A stretch of 64,000 bases of DNA from Syntrophales bacterium (GCA_963662405.2 CAXXKT010000001.1:64001-128000), one strand, 5' to 3'. Shown: positions 40,000 to 50,528, counted from the first letter of the stretch. Notes: generated by a model from the sequence alone, not told the origin. Translations and numbers: made by a program.

Positions 40000-41175
40000 A
40001 TGGGCAGCACATCGAACTACGAGAAGACCATCAGCCGACAATACCGGGACCTGATGGACCACTGCGCGTGTCACCTTGAAGAGATGGACAAGACGTTACC
40101 CGAGCCGGCAGAGGATTTCCAAGCTCTTCTGCGGGAACGCGGCATTAGCAGAAGAAGCTTCCTCAAGTGGACATCAGCAACAACCGCAGCGTTGATGCTG
40201 TCTCCCCTCTTCCGGCCGATGGTCGCGAAGGCGGCGGAGCAGTTCAGTCGCCTCCCGGTCGTCTGGCTCCACTTCGCCGAATGTACCGGCTGCAGCGAGG
40301 CCTTGCTCCGCTCTTCGTATCCGAATGTGGACAGCATCCTCCTTGACACTATTTCTCTGGAATACCACGAGACACTGATGGCCGCGGCGGGGCATCAGGC
40401 GGAAGAAAATCTGGAAAAGGCGATACACGATTTCGCCGGTCGGTTTATCTGTGTCATCGAGGGCGCCCTTCCGACGGGGATGGACGGGAAATACCTGACC
40501 CTTGGCCCGAAAGGGAAAACGGGACTCCAGGTGGCCAGGGAGGTCACGTCAAAGGCGGCGGCCGTGATCTGTATCGGCAGTTGCTCCTCCTTCGGGAATG
40601 TACAGGCAGCCAAACCGAACCCGACCGATGCAGCCGGAATCAGCGATGCACTGGGCATCAAAACCGTCAACATCGCCGGGTGTCCTCCCAGCCCCGCGAA
40701 TTTCACGGGAACACTCCTCCATTTTCTGATGTTCGGAGCGCTCCCCCCCCTGGATTCTCTGGGACGACCCATATGGGCGTACGGCAAGCGGATCCACGAT
40801 TTCTGTGAGCGGCGCCCCCATTATGACGCCGGGGAATTCGTGGAAGAATGGGGAGATAGCGGCGCGCAAAAAGGGTGGTGCCTATATAAGGTGGGTTGCA
40901 AAGGTCCATACACCTTTTCGAATTGCAGCAAGGTCCGATTCAATGACGGCATCTCATGGCCGGTCATGGGAGGCCATGGCTGTATGGGGTGCACCGAGCC
41001 GGGCTTCTGGGATACCATGGCCCCCCTTGAAAAACCGATCGCCGACAAGACCATCGGGGGCGGCGAAAAGACGGTCGATAGGATCGGCGCCGTACTGACA
41101 GGCGTTACCGTGGCGGGCATCGCCGCTCATGCGGGCCTGAGTGCCCTCAAACACAGGGCTGAAGACACGGAATAG
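40000..41175 (+). CDS. Group 1 [NiFe]-hydrogenase small subunit (Tat, C-terminal TM anchor)
   Basis: SRRSFLK; ECTGCSE; GCPP; HDFC..CLYKVGCKGP; GHGCMGC. Confidence 0.95.
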   Translation: MGSTSNYEKTISRQYRDLMDHCACHLEEMDKTLPEPAEDFQALLRERGISRRSFLKWTSATTAALMLSPLFRPMVAKAAEQFSRLPVVWLHFAECTGCSEALLRSSYPNVDSILLDTISLEYHETLMAAAGHQAEENLEKAIHDFAGRFICVIEGALPTGMDGKYLTLGPKGKTGLQVAREVTSKAAAVICIGSCSSFGNVQAAKPNPTDAAGISDALGIKTVNIAGCPPSPANFTGTLLHFLMFGALPPLDSLGRPIWAYGKRIHDFCERRPHYDAGEFVEEWGDSGAQKGWCLYKVGCKGPYTFSNCSKVRFNDGISWPVMGGHGCMGCTEPGFWDTMAPLEKPIADKTIGGGEKTVDRIGAVLTGVTVAGIAAHAGLSALKHRAEDTE

Positions 41176-41217
41176 TCTCCGCAGAAATACGTTGATACAC
41201 TTCCCAGGAGGAACAAC

Positions 41218-42888
41218 ATGTCAAAGCGAATCGTTGTAGATCCGATCACACGGATTGAAGGACATTTACGGATAGAAGTCGAGGTTGACGACAACCTCAT
41301 CAAGGACGCGTGGGCAAGTATCACGCTGTGGCGCGGAATCGAGACCATCCTGAAGGGTCGGGATCCCCGCGATGCGGGACTCATGGTACAGCGCTTCTGT
41401 GGTGTCTGCACCTATTCTCATTACGAGGCGAGTATCATGGCCTGTGAGGATGCCTTCGGCGTCAAACCGCCTCCCATCGCGCGGATCGTGCGAAACCTGA
41501 TCAACGGCGCCCAGTTCCTGACGGACCATGTCATGCATTTTTACCATCTCCACGGCCTGGACTGGGTGGATATCGTCAGTGCCCTTTCGGCGGACCCCAG
41601 GAAGGCCGTTGAGATGGCAAAGAGTTATAATGCAAACCCCTATAACTGTTCCGAGACACACTACAAGGCCGTACAGGATCGACTGACCAAGTTCGTAAAA
41701 TCCGGACGGCTGGGCCCGTTTGCCAACGCCTACTGGGGGAATCCTTCATACAAACTGCCTCCGGAAGCAAACCTGATCATCGTCTCCCACTATCTGGATG
41801 CCCTGCAGCTCTCCAAGATCGGCGCCCAGATGATGGCCATCTTCGGCGGGAAAAACCCTCATCCCCAAACACTGGTCGTCGGCGGCATCACCTCCGTGGC
41901 GGATGCGCTCGATGTCCATCGAATCGGGGAGTATCTCTTCCGTCTGAAAGAATTCAAAAACTTTGTCGAGACGGCATACATCCCGGACGTCCTCATCGCC
42001 GCGACGTATTATAAGGATGAGGGCGCCGCCGGTATCGGCGCCGGGGTGAAAAACTACCTCGCCTACGGCGGATTCGAACTCGATGACGAGGGAAACCGGC
42101 TCCTCTTCCCCCGCGGCCTGGTGAGGGGCGGCGACATCGCCAATCCCTTTGCGCTGGATGAAAAGAAGATCACGGAAGAGGTCTACCACTCCTGGTACAA
42201 AGGCGGAGAGGGATTGCACCCCTACGAGGGCACAACCGACCCCAACTACACCGGGTTTGACGCAAACGCCCACGTGAAGGGCGATGAGAAATATTCGTGG
42301 TGCAAGACCCCGCAGTACGAAGATCAGCCCTACGAAGTGGGTCCGCTGGCGCGTTTCATCGTTGCCTATGCCCAGGGACACAAGGAGATCAAGGGACTGG
42401 TGGACGGCACGCTGAAGGCGGCCGGCCTGCCCGTGACCGTCCTCTTCTCCACGCTGGGTCGAACGGCGGCGCGCGCCCTGGAAACAAAGTACGTGGGAGA
42501 TCACATCGAGGAATGGGTCAACGAACTGGTGGGATGCATCAAGGGCGGCGACACCAGGACGTGGACACGTTGCGACGTCCCCGACACAGGCGAAGGCCGC
42601 GGCATGGTCGAGGTCCCGCGAGGCGCGCTGGGACACTGGGTCAAGATCGACAACAAGGTCATCTCCAATTATCAGGCGGTCGTCCCCTCGACCTGGAACT
42701 GCGCACCGAGGAACAAGGCCGGCAAGAGAGGCCCCTATGAGGAGTCCCTCATCGGCACGAGGCTGGCCAACGTTGATCAACCCCTGGAGATCATCAGGAC
42801 GATTCACTCCTTCGATCCCTGCATGGCCTGCGCGGTTCACATCATAGATCCGAAGACCAATGAAGTGAAGGAATTCAAGGTCGCCTAA
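41218..42888 (+). CDS. Group 1 [NiFe]-hydrogenase large subunit
   Basis: DPITRIEGH; L1 RFCGVC; L2 DPCMACAVH plus cleavable tail. Confidence 0.97.
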   Translation: MSKRIVVDPITRIEGHLRIEVEVDDNLIKDAWASITLWRGIETILKGRDPRDAGLMVQRFCGVCTYSHYEASIMACEDAFGVKPPPIARIVRNLINGAQFLTDHVMHFYHLHGLDWVDIVSALSADPRKAVEMAKSYNANPYNCSETHYKAVQDRLTKFVKSGRLGPFANAYWGNPSYKLPPEANLIIVSHYLDALQLSKIGAQMMAIFGGKNPHPQTLVVGGITSVADALDVHRIGEYLFRLKEFKNFVETAYIPDVLIAATYYKDEGAAGIGAGVKNYLAYGGFELDDEGNRLLFPRGLVRGGDIANPFALDEKKITEEVYHSWYKGGEGLHPYEGTTDPNYTGFDANAHVKGDEKYSWCKTPQYEDQPYEVGPLARFIVAYAQGHKEIKGLVDGTLKAAGLPVTVLFSTLGRTAARALETKYVGDHIEEWVNELVGCIKGGDTRTWTRCDVPDTGEGRGMVEVPRGALGHWVKIDNKVISNYQAVVPSTWNCAPRNKAGKRGPYEESLIGTRLANVDQPLEIIRTIHSFDPCMACAVHIIDPKTNEVKEFKVA

Positions 42889-42904
42889 CGTCGATAAGGA
42901 GATT

Positions 42905-43579
42905 ATGATGGAAGCAATAATTCCGAAAAAAGAATGGTCCGTGGCCATGAGGATCAATCACTGGGCCACGGCGTTTGCGATATGTATCCTGATCGTGACG
43001 GGTTTTTATATTGCGAAACCCTTCACCATCGGCGTGGGAGAAACGGTCAACAAGTTCTTCATGGGGGATGTCCGTTTCTGGCACATCCTCTTCGGGGTCC
43101 TGCTCTTCTTCCTCTTTCTCTGGAGGGTATACCTGGCATTCTTCTCCCGGTTCCATGCGGACTGGAAAGACTTCTTCGCGTGGGTGGAGATAAGGAATTT
43201 CATCAAGCAGATCAAGTTCTACCTGTTGGTTTCCAAGGAGCGTCCTGAGCATAATTATCTCTACGGCCCCTTGCAGGCGCTGGCATATGCGGGGCTCCTC
43301 GTTCTGGTGTTCCTGATCATTGTGACGGGACTCATCCTCCTCGGGACGGGATACCACGCGGGGTGGACCAGTGTCCTCTACGCCATGGTCAAACCCTTTG
43401 AGACCATGATGGGCGGTCTGGCCATGGTCCGGTGGATCCACCACATACTGACGTGGTGCTTTATCCTCTTTATCGTGGTCCATATTTACATGGCATTCTG
43501 GTACGACGCCGTCTTTCAGGAGGGAACCATCTCTTCCATGATCAGCGGCAAGGTATTCAGAAGGAACCACGACGAATAA
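42905..43579 (+). CDS. Hydrogenase cytochrome b subunit
   Basis: RINHW, RFWH, YGPLQ, RWIHH, VHIY, ISSMISG. Confidence 0.93.
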   Translation: MMEAIIPKKEWSVAMRINHWATAFAICILIVTGFYIAKPFTIGVGETVNKFFMGDVRFWHILFGVLLFFLFLWRVYLAFFSRFHADWKDFFAWVEIRNFIKQIKFYLLVSKERPEHNYLYGPLQALAYAGLLVLVFLIIVTGLILLGTGYHAGWTSVLYAMVKPFETMMGGLAMVRWIHHILTWCFILFIVVHIYMAFWYDAVFQEGTISSMISGKVFRRNHDE

Positions 43580-43616
43580 CAAGACAAACAGCTTCCGTTT
43601 GACAAAAACCAAGGAG

Positions 43617-43645
43617 AAAAGGGGGAGAACCATCTCCCCCTTTTT
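43617..43645 (+). terminator. Intrinsic terminator-like hairpin between structural and maturation genes
   Basis: AAAAGGGGGAGA-ACCA-TCTCCCCCTTTTT. Confidence 0.7.
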
Positions 43646-43657
43646 GAGGTTGGCGGT

Positions 43658-44158
43658 ATGGAGAAAAAGAACCGTATAACGATCCTGGGACTGGGAAACA
43701 TCCTCCTCGCCGATGAAGGATTCGGCGTACACTTTATCCGGTGGTTTTTGGAACGATACCACCTCCCGGTCGGTGTGGAGGCCCTCGACGGAGGGACACT
43801 CGGCTATACCCTCCTCGATCAGGTCGGCACCTGCCGACACCTGATCGTGGTGGATGTAATCAAACTGGATGACACACCCGGATCTTTGTATCGCTTCACG
43901 CGGGAGGCACTTGAACTGCATATGCCTCCCCCCACATCGGCCCATGAGGTCGTGTTTCTGGACGTGATCTGCAAGGCCGAGCTGATTGAAGAGGCGCCGG
44001 AGGACGTGATCTTCCTGTGTATCGTGCCGGAGGAGTACGGCGACACCCGCCTGGAGATGACCCCGACGATGCGGGAGAGGTTCCCCGCCATGGAGCACAT
44101 GCTGCTCAAGGAACTGTCCCTTCACGGCATCGTGCCGGAGATGATCGCCGATGCATGA
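43658..44158 (+). CDS. Hydrogenase maturation protease (HyaD/HybD family)
   Basis: LGLGNILLADEGFGV, DGGT, SAHE. Confidence 0.93.
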   Translation: MEKKNRITILGLGNILLADEGFGVHFIRWFLERYHLPVGVEALDGGTLGYTLLDQVGTCRHLIVVDVIKLDDTPGSLYRFTREALELHMPPPTSAHEVVFLDVICKAELIEEAPEDVIFLCIVPEEYGDTRLEMTPTMRERFPAMEHMLLKELSLHGIVPEMIADA

Positions 44159-44495
44159 ACTCTCTCTGACCCAGTCAGTTATGGATATTATCGAAGACTA
44201 CGCCCGCAGGCACCGGTTCGCGAAGGTCAACACCGTCAAGCTTTCCTTCGGGAAGTTGTCTTCCATTGAACCGAAGGCCCTCGAATTTGCCTTTGCAGTC
44301 CTGTCGAAAGAAACAAAGGCGGAGAGAGCACGCCTTGAATTCGATATCTTGCCTGTCGTCATATACTGCATGTCATGCGGAAAAGATATCGAGGTGGACT
44401 CGTATACCGCAACATGCCCGCGCTGTCAGGGGGAAGAAGTGCTCCTGACCGGGGGGACCGAAGAATTGAAACTCGTTGAATTGGACGTCGATTAA
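44151..44495 (+). CDS. hypA: Ni metallochaperone HypA
   Basis: MHELS; CMSC and CPRC. Confidence 0.95.
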   Translation: MHELSLTQSVMDIIEDYARRHRFAKVNTVKLSFGKLSSIEPKALEFAFAVLSKETKAERARLEFDILPVVIYCMSCGKDIEVDSYTATCPRCQGEEVLLTGGTEELKLVELDVD

Positions 44496-44512
44496 AGAAG
44501 AGGTGGGGTCAT

Positions 44513-44743
44513 ATGTGTATCGGATTTCCCGGCAGGATCATTTCCATCGATGAGGATAATTTCGCCGTCATCGATATCAGCGGCACCAGGCGGGAGGTCT
44601 GCCTCGATCTGGTTGACGAGGACGTTGCAATCGACGATTACGTCATATCCCATGCCGGGTATGCCATCCACCGGATCGACGAAGAACTGGCGAAAGACAA
44701 GCTGGATCTCTTGAAAGAAATCATCGCCAATGAAATATATTGA
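44513..44743 (+). CDS. hypC: HypC chaperone
   Basis: MCIGFPG...HAGYAI. Confidence 0.94.
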   Translation: MCIGFPGRIISIDEDNFAVIDISGTRREVCLDLVDEDVAIDDYVISHAGYAIHRIDEELAKDKLDLLKEIIANEIY

Positions 44744-45818
44744 TGAATATCGCGACCCGTCGCTGGCACGGGGTCTGCTCGACGGAATCGCGAGACTGTC
44801 GGAACAGATAGGCCGCACGATCACCGTGATGGAGGTGTGCGGCAGCCATACCAACGCCATCGGTCGTTTCGGCATTCGGAACCTGATTCCGGAAACGATC
44901 AGACTTATTTCGGGTCCCGGCTGTCCCGTGTGCGTCACCGCGATCCATGATGTGGACATCGCCCTGCACCTGGCGGCACGGGAAGATGTTATCTTCTCCA
45001 CCTTCGGGGACATGCTCCGGGTCCCCGGCTCACACGGAAACAGTCTCCAGAATATGCACGCAGGGGGTGCGGATATCCGGGTGGTTACCTCTGCCGCGGA
45101 TTGCATCTCTCTCGCCCGGACCCATACCGATAGGGAAATCGTCTTTATGGGTATCGGTTTTGAGACGACGGCACCCACCATCGCCGCAACGATCCTTTCC
45201 TGCCGGGGAAAGGGGGTCTCCAATTTCTCCGTCTTTTCCGTTCACAAGATCGTCCCCCCCGTCCTGAAGGCCCTCATCACAGATCCGGCACTTAACGTCG
45301 ATGCTTTCCTGTGTCCGGGGCATGTGAGCACCATCATCGGGGCAAATGCATATGAACTGATCACCCGGGCGGGGCGAGCCGCCGTCATTACGGGCTTCGA
45401 ACCGATTGATATCCTGGAGGGAATCTTCATGCTCCTGGAACAGATAGCCCACGATAAGAAACGGGTTGCGATCCAGTACAGCCGCGGCGTCAAGCCGGAA
45501 GGAAACCCGCGGGCACGGGATGTCATGATGGCCGTGTTTCGTCCGGGAGATGCCGAATGGCGGGGGCTTGGCGCCATACCGGGGAGCGGCCTCCTCATTC
45601 GGGAAGACTACGAAACATTCGATGCGCTGAAGAAATTCGAGGTTCCCGAAATCCATTCCGTCGAGATGAAGGGGTGTTGCTGCGGCGATATACTGCGGGG
45701 GATCAAGACGCCGAATGAGTGCCCGCTCTTCAAGCGCGTCTGTACCCCGGTAAACCCCGGGGGGCCCTGTATGGTCTCCTCGGAAGGGACCTGCGCGACC
45801 TACTACAAATACCATTGA
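44730..45818 (+). CDS. hypD: HypD
   Basis: MEVCGSHT, GPGCPVCV, GFETT, PGHVS, CMVSSEGTC. Confidence 0.96.
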   Translation: MKYIDEYRDPSLARGLLDGIARLSEQIGRTITVMEVCGSHTNAIGRFGIRNLIPETIRLISGPGCPVCVTAIHDVDIALHLAAREDVIFSTFGDMLRVPGSHGNSLQNMHAGGADIRVVTSAADCISLARTHTDREIVFMGIGFETTAPTIAATILSCRGKGVSNFSVFSVHKIVPPVLKALITDPALNVDAFLCPGHVSTIIGANAYELITRAGRAAVITGFEPIDILEGIFMLLEQIAHDKKRVAIQYSRGVKPEGNPRARDVMMAVFRPGDAEWRGLGAIPGSGLLIREDYETFDALKKFEVPEIHSVEMKGCCCGDILRGIKTPNECPLFKRVCTPVNPGGPCMVSSEGTCATYYKYH

Positions 45819-45851
45819 GATCAATTCCGTTGTTCAGAGAAGGAGAAAAAG

Positions 45852-46517
45852 ATGAAGATTGATGTCGTCAAAAACGTACTGGACGCAAATGACCGGATCG
45901 CCATGGAGAACAAGGCGTTATTCGATGAAAAGAAGACCTACGTCATCAACCTGATGAGCTCGCCGGGGGCGGGGAAAACGACGCTTGTGGAGAAAACGAT
46001 CGATGCCCTGAAGGACAAATACGCCATCGCCGTTATCGAAGGAGATATTCAGGATACGTATGATGCCGATCGGGTAGCACAACACGGGATCCCCGTGGTG
46101 CAGATCAATACCGGAGGTGCCTGTCATATCGACGGGAACATGATTCGCGAGACATTCCCCTCCTTCGATTTCGACAAGATCGACCTTTTGATCGTGGAAA
46201 ATGTCGGGAACCTGGTCTGCCCGGCCGAATTCAAACTCGGAGAAAACATCAAGGCCATGATCCTGAGCACCCCCGAAGGGGCGGACAAACCGGCAAAATA
46301 CCCCCTCATGTTTCAGGAGTCCGCGGTCATGATCGTCAACAAGACAGACCTCATCCCCTATGTCGATTTCGATATGGAGAAGGCGAAAAAAAGCGCACTG
46401 GTCAGCAACAGGGACCTCGCCATATTCGAGGTGTCATGCAAGACATCCGCGGGGCTTGCGGACTGGTTCCAGTGGCTCGAGAATCAGATAGAAACGTATA
46501 AAAAGCAGAACCAGTGA
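45852..46517 (+). CDS. hypB: HypB GTPase
   Basis: SSPGAGKTT, ACH, ENVGNLVCPA, DKPAKYP, NKTD. Confidence 0.96.
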   Translation: MKIDVVKNVLDANDRIAMENKALFDEKKTYVINLMSSPGAGKTTLVEKTIDALKDKYAIAVIEGDIQDTYDADRVAQHGIPVVQINTGGACHIDGNMIRETFPSFDFDKIDLLIVENVGNLVCPAEFKLGENIKAMILSTPEGADKPAKYPLMFQESAVMIVNKTDLIPYVDFDMEKAKKSALVSNRDLAIFEVSCKTSAGLADWFQWLENQIETYKKQNQ

Positions 46518-48826
46518 TCAAGAGAGTCCGTTGTCATTTTTCCGGTGTTGTCCAGGGGGTGGGGTTTCGGCCCTTTATCTACCGGGTGGCCCGACTGCAC
46601 GCCCTGTCGGGATTCGTGCAAAATCGCCCGGACGGCGTTGCCGTGGAAATCGAGGGAACGGACCCGTCCATCAACGCCTTCCTCTCCGATGTCCAGGGCC
46701 ACCTTCCTCCGCTCGCCGAGGTGACCGACCTCTCCGTCAGCAAAGCGTCTGTCCGGGGCGATAGTGCATTTCGCATCATCGCGAGCGAGGCGGAGGGCAC
46801 GGCGGATGTCCACATCACCCCGGATGTCGCCACCTGCAGCGAGTGTCTCAGGGAACTGTTCGATCCCGCGGACCGGCGGTACCGCTACCCCTTCATCAAC
46901 TGTACGAACTGCGGGCCGCGATTGACCATCATCAGAGCCATCCCCTATGACCGGGGCAACACGTCCATGGCCTGTTTTCCCCTCTGCCCGGAATGTCTGA
47001 ACGAGTACCGGGATCCGGCGGACCGCCGATTCCACGCGGAGCCCAACGCCTGCCCGGTATGCGGCCCTCGTCTGACCCTGCTTGATGAAAAAGGCCGGCA
47101 GTTGGACGTGTCGGATCCGCTCCGGACCGCCTGCGACGGACTCCGGGACGGAGCCATCGTCGCCATCAAGGGGCTCGGGGGATTTCACCTCTGCGTGGAT
47201 GCCGGCAACGACGACGCCGTCAAGCGGCTGCGGTCACGCAAATACCGGGAAGAAAAACCCCTGGCCATTATGGTGAAGGACCGGGAACACTCATCCCGGA
47301 TTGCAGAAGTGAACGCATCCGAGTTGACCCTGCTGGAATCCTTCCAGCACCCTATCGTGCTGGTAAAAAAGAAGGAAGGTGCGCCGGTCGCGGAAGGGAT
47401 CGCCCCCGGGATGGACACGCTGGGGATCATGCTCCCCTATACCCCTCTTCAGCACCTCCTCTTCGAGCAGGGTTTTGCCGCGCTGGTTATGACCAGCGCG
47501 AACCGAACGGACGAGCCCATCTGTATCGGCAATCGCGAGGCCGTCACCCGGCTGCAGGGTATCGCCGACTTATTTCTGGTTCATAACCGGGACATCCTCG
47601 TGCGGTGCGACGATTCGATCGCCATGACCGTCGCCGCAACACCGGTCCTCCTGCGGCGTTCACGGGGGTATGTCCCGAAGCCCCTCATCCTCCGGGAGGC
47701 ATATCCCGAGATCCTGGCACTGGGACCGCACTTGAAGACCACGATCTGCATCTTGAAGGGCTCATCGGCCTTCCTGAGCCCCCATATCGGCGATCTGGAG
47801 ACACCCCAGGCACGGGACTTCCTGCATGAAAGCACGGACCTCATGTATCAGATCGCCCGGTGCCGCCCCCGGCACGTCGCCTGCGATCTCCACCCGGGAT
47901 ATTACACCACACAGGTTGCCCGTCGGATGGAAGGAGACTTTGAGCTCATCCCCGTCCAGCATCACCATGCCCACATCGTCAGCTGCATGGCGGACAACGG
48001 CATCACGGGCCGGGTCATCGGACTCTCCATGGACGGCACCGGATACGGACCGGATGGACACGTCTGGGGAGGGGAATTCCTGGTCGCTGATGAATGCGAC
48101 TTCACACGATCCGGGCATATTTCTGACTATCTTCTTCCGGGGGGAGAAAAGGCCATCCATGAACCGTGGCGTATCGCCGCGAGCCTCCTGCGGGAGGCCT
48201 TCGGAGATGACTGGCAGGGCTATGCGCATAGGCTGCATATCATCCCGGAGGAGCGGTATTACCCCCTGATCGATACGATCATGCGCACCCGCACCAACAG
48301 CCCCCTCACCTCCAGTCTGGGCAGGCTCTTCGACGGGATCGGCGTACTCCTCGGTCTGCGGGGGACCGTCTCATTCGAGGGCCAGAATGCAATGGCAATG
48401 GAGGCACTGGTGCAGGAGTCACCGACAGATTCTCTCCCCTTTGATATCGAAATCGAGGGGGAGAGCTTTCTCCTCGATTTCTCACCTGCCGTCCGCAGGA
48501 TTGTTGAACTGATTCTTACCGGGGAATCGGAGAAGGCTCTTGCGTGGGCATTCCACCGGTGTCTGTGTGAGGCCTTCCGAGAAACAACCGTCCGGATTCG
48601 CCGGGAGACAGGACTCAATCGGGCGGTCCTGAGCGGCGGCTGCTTCCAGAACCGCATCCTCGTGGAGGGGTGTAGGCGAGAGCTTCAGGACGCCGGTTTT
48701 GATGTCTTCCTCCATCAACGGGTCCCCCCCAACGACGGGGGCATCTCTTTGGGACAGGCGGTGTGTGCCGGCGCCCGGGTAAAAGCCGGGTTGCCTTGGA
48801 ACGGCACAGCGGTACAGGAAACATGA
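46514..48826 (+). CDS. hypF: Carbamoyltransferase HypF
   Basis: VQGVGFRP, CTNCGPR, KGLGGF, QHHHAH, PPNDGG. Confidence 0.96.
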   Translation: MIKRVRCHFSGVVQGVGFRPFIYRVARLHALSGFVQNRPDGVAVEIEGTDPSINAFLSDVQGHLPPLAEVTDLSVSKASVRGDSAFRIIASEAEGTADVHITPDVATCSECLRELFDPADRRYRYPFINCTNCGPRLTIIRAIPYDRGNTSMACFPLCPECLNEYRDPADRRFHAEPNACPVCGPRLTLLDEKGRQLDVSDPLRTACDGLRDGAIVAIKGLGGFHLCVDAGNDDAVKRLRSRKYREEKPLAIMVKDREHSSRIAEVNASELTLLESFQHPIVLVKKKEGAPVAEGIAPGMDTLGIMLPYTPLQHLLFEQGFAALVMTSANRTDEPICIGNREAVTRLQGIADLFLVHNRDILVRCDDSIAMTVAATPVLLRRSRGYVPKPLILREAYPEILALGPHLKTTICILKGSSAFLSPHIGDLETPQARDFLHESTDLMYQIARCRPRHVACDLHPGYYTTQVARRMEGDFELIPVQHHHAHIVSCMADNGITGRVIGLSMDGTGYGPDGHVWGGEFLVADECDFTRSGHISDYLLPGGEKAIHEPWRIAASLLREAFGDDWQGYAHRLHIIPEERYYPLIDTIMRTRTNSPLTSSLGRLFDGIGVLLGLRGTVSFEGQNAMAMEALVQESPTDSLPFDIEIEGESFLLDFSPAVRRIVELILTGESEKALAWAFHRCLCEAFRETTVRIRRETGLNRAVLSGGCFQNRILVEGCRRELQDAGFDVFLHQRVPPNDGGISLGQAVCAGARVKAGLPWNGTAVQET

Positions 48827-48895
48827 CTTCAGAGGGACGGCAGGCCCTTGACTCTCTTTATGAACGCATGGTGTACAGACAGAAAGGTTAGCCAT

Positions 48896-49906
48896 ATGAA
48901 AGACGATATCATCCTTCTTGGACACGGCGGCGGCGGCTTGCTCAGCCACGAACTCGTTACCCAAAAGTTCCTGCCTCTTTTCACGAACAGCTATCTGGAA
49001 CGACTCGAGGATGGGGCCGTTTTCGATATCGGGACGGAGAAGCTGTGCTTTTCCACGGACTCCTATGTGGTCAACCCTGTTTTTTTCCCGGGTGGCGACA
49101 TCGGATCGCTGGCCGTCCACGGGACGGTCAATGACCTGTCCATGTGCGGAGGGATACCTCTTTTTTTGAGCACGGGGTTTATCCTCGAAGAGGGCTTCCC
49201 GATGGAGCAACTGGAGAAGATTATTGCATCCATGGCACAGGCGGCAGGACGAGCCCGCGTGCAGATCGTGACGGGGGATACCAAGGTCGTTCCCCGGGGG
49301 GCGGCGGACGGTCTTTTTATCAACACCACCGGCGTCGGTATCGTCCGTTATGAGGGAACGATTTCCGTCGGCAGCATCGCCCCCGGTGATGCGGTCATCG
49401 TCAACGGTGCCCTCGGGGACCACGGGGCCGCCATCCTGGCCAAACGGGAAGGGATCGGCCTGGATACCGAGCTCCTCTCCGATTCGGCCCCCCTCAACGG
49501 ACTCGTAGCGGACATCCTGAAGGTAAGCCCCAACATCCACTGTATGCGTGACGCTACCCGCGGGGGACTCGGCGCAATCATGGCCGAGATCGCCGATCAG
49601 TCAAAGCATGAAATCGTGCTCGAGGAAACCAACATCCCCGTGCAGGATGCCGTTAGAGGGGTCTGTGAGATCCTGGGCTTTGACCCGCTCTTCCTGGCGA
49701 ATGAAGGGAAGATGGTCGTGTTCTGTTCTCAAGAAGATGCTCAAGACATACTGAAAGTCATGAATTCACATCCTTACGGAAAGGATGCCGCGATAATCGG
49801 TCAGGTGACACATGAGAAGACGGGACGCCTCATCCTCAACACGCTGATCGGCGGTTCCCGGGTCATCGATCTCCCGGCAGGGGAACTGGTTCCTCGTATC
49901 TGTTGA
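48896..49906 (+). CDS. hypE: HypE
   Basis: GHGGGG, GTVNDL, RDATRGG, ANEG, C-terminal PRIC. Confidence 0.96.
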   Translation: MKDDIILLGHGGGGLLSHELVTQKFLPLFTNSYLERLEDGAVFDIGTEKLCFSTDSYVVNPVFFPGGDIGSLAVHGTVNDLSMCGGIPLFLSTGFILEEGFPMEQLEKIIASMAQAAGRARVQIVTGDTKVVPRGAADGLFINTTGVGIVRYEGTISVGSIAPGDAVIVNGALGDHGAAILAKREGIGLDTELLSDSAPLNGLVADILKVSPNIHCMRDATRGGLGAIMAEIADQSKHEIVLEETNIPVQDAVRGVCEILGFDPLFLANEGKMVVFCSQEDAQDILKVMNSHPYGKDAAIIGQVTHEKTGRLILNTLIGGSRVIDLPAGELVPRIC

Positions 49907-49922
49907 GGGAATACCGAGCGGT

Positions 49923-50528
49923 TCAGACCTTCTGTTCGACCGATTCAAAACAGGGGATACAGAGCGTCCGGCCGGCAAACCGCCGGGTGCGCGACTCCAT
50001 GGTCACCTCGCCGCATCGTTCACAGACCAGGCTGTCCAGTATCCGTGCCCGCCTCGGTGCCGGGTAGGGAGCAGGAGAGACATCGAACAGTTCTGCGAGG
50101 GGCGCGGTCATATAGTGCCGTCTGGCCCGTTCCCGCAGACGCTCGCAGTGTTCCTTTTCTTCGGTGTTCAGGGAGCCGTCCGCCCCTTTTTTCACCAGGG
50201 AACCGATATCGTGGGGTATGTTTCCCTGCACCTCCCGGCGAAGCCGTGCCCGAAATCCCTTACCCGACCTACGATCGTAGAAGGTGAACGCCATTTTGCC
50301 GTAATCCTTGTGAATGAGGTTTCCCTTACCAAAGGTGCAGCCGGTCAGGAACTGAATCGCATCGACACCGCACATGTCGGTCTCCGTCACCGCTACCATA
50401 TTCCCCGATTCCGGTTCGCCCAACCGTTCAAGTGCGAGTTCCGCGACACGGATACCGATGGCCAGCCCCGGGCAAGTGTGACCGTGAAATGCGATGACAC
50501 GATCGATGATTTCAGGTGAAAAACGCAT
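49923..50528 (-). CDS. FmdE-family protein with C-terminal Zn finger
   Basis: FHGHTCPGLAIG, CGVDAIQFLTGCTFGKGNL, CERC...CIPC. Confidence 0.85.
   Translation of the reverse strand: MRFSPEIIDRVIAFHGHTCPGLAIGIRVAELALERLGEPESGNMVAVTETDMCGVDAIQFLTGCTFGKGNLIHKDYGKMAFTFYDRRSGKGFRARLRREVQGNIPHDIGSLVKKGADGSLNTEEKEHCERLRERARRHYMTAPLAELFDVSPAPYPAPRRARILDSLVCERCGEVTMESRTRRFAGRTLCIPCFESVEQKV

Noticed and set aside
41218..42888. [NiFeSe] hydrogenase
   Set aside because: The L2 motif is DPCMAC with Cys codons and no UGA.
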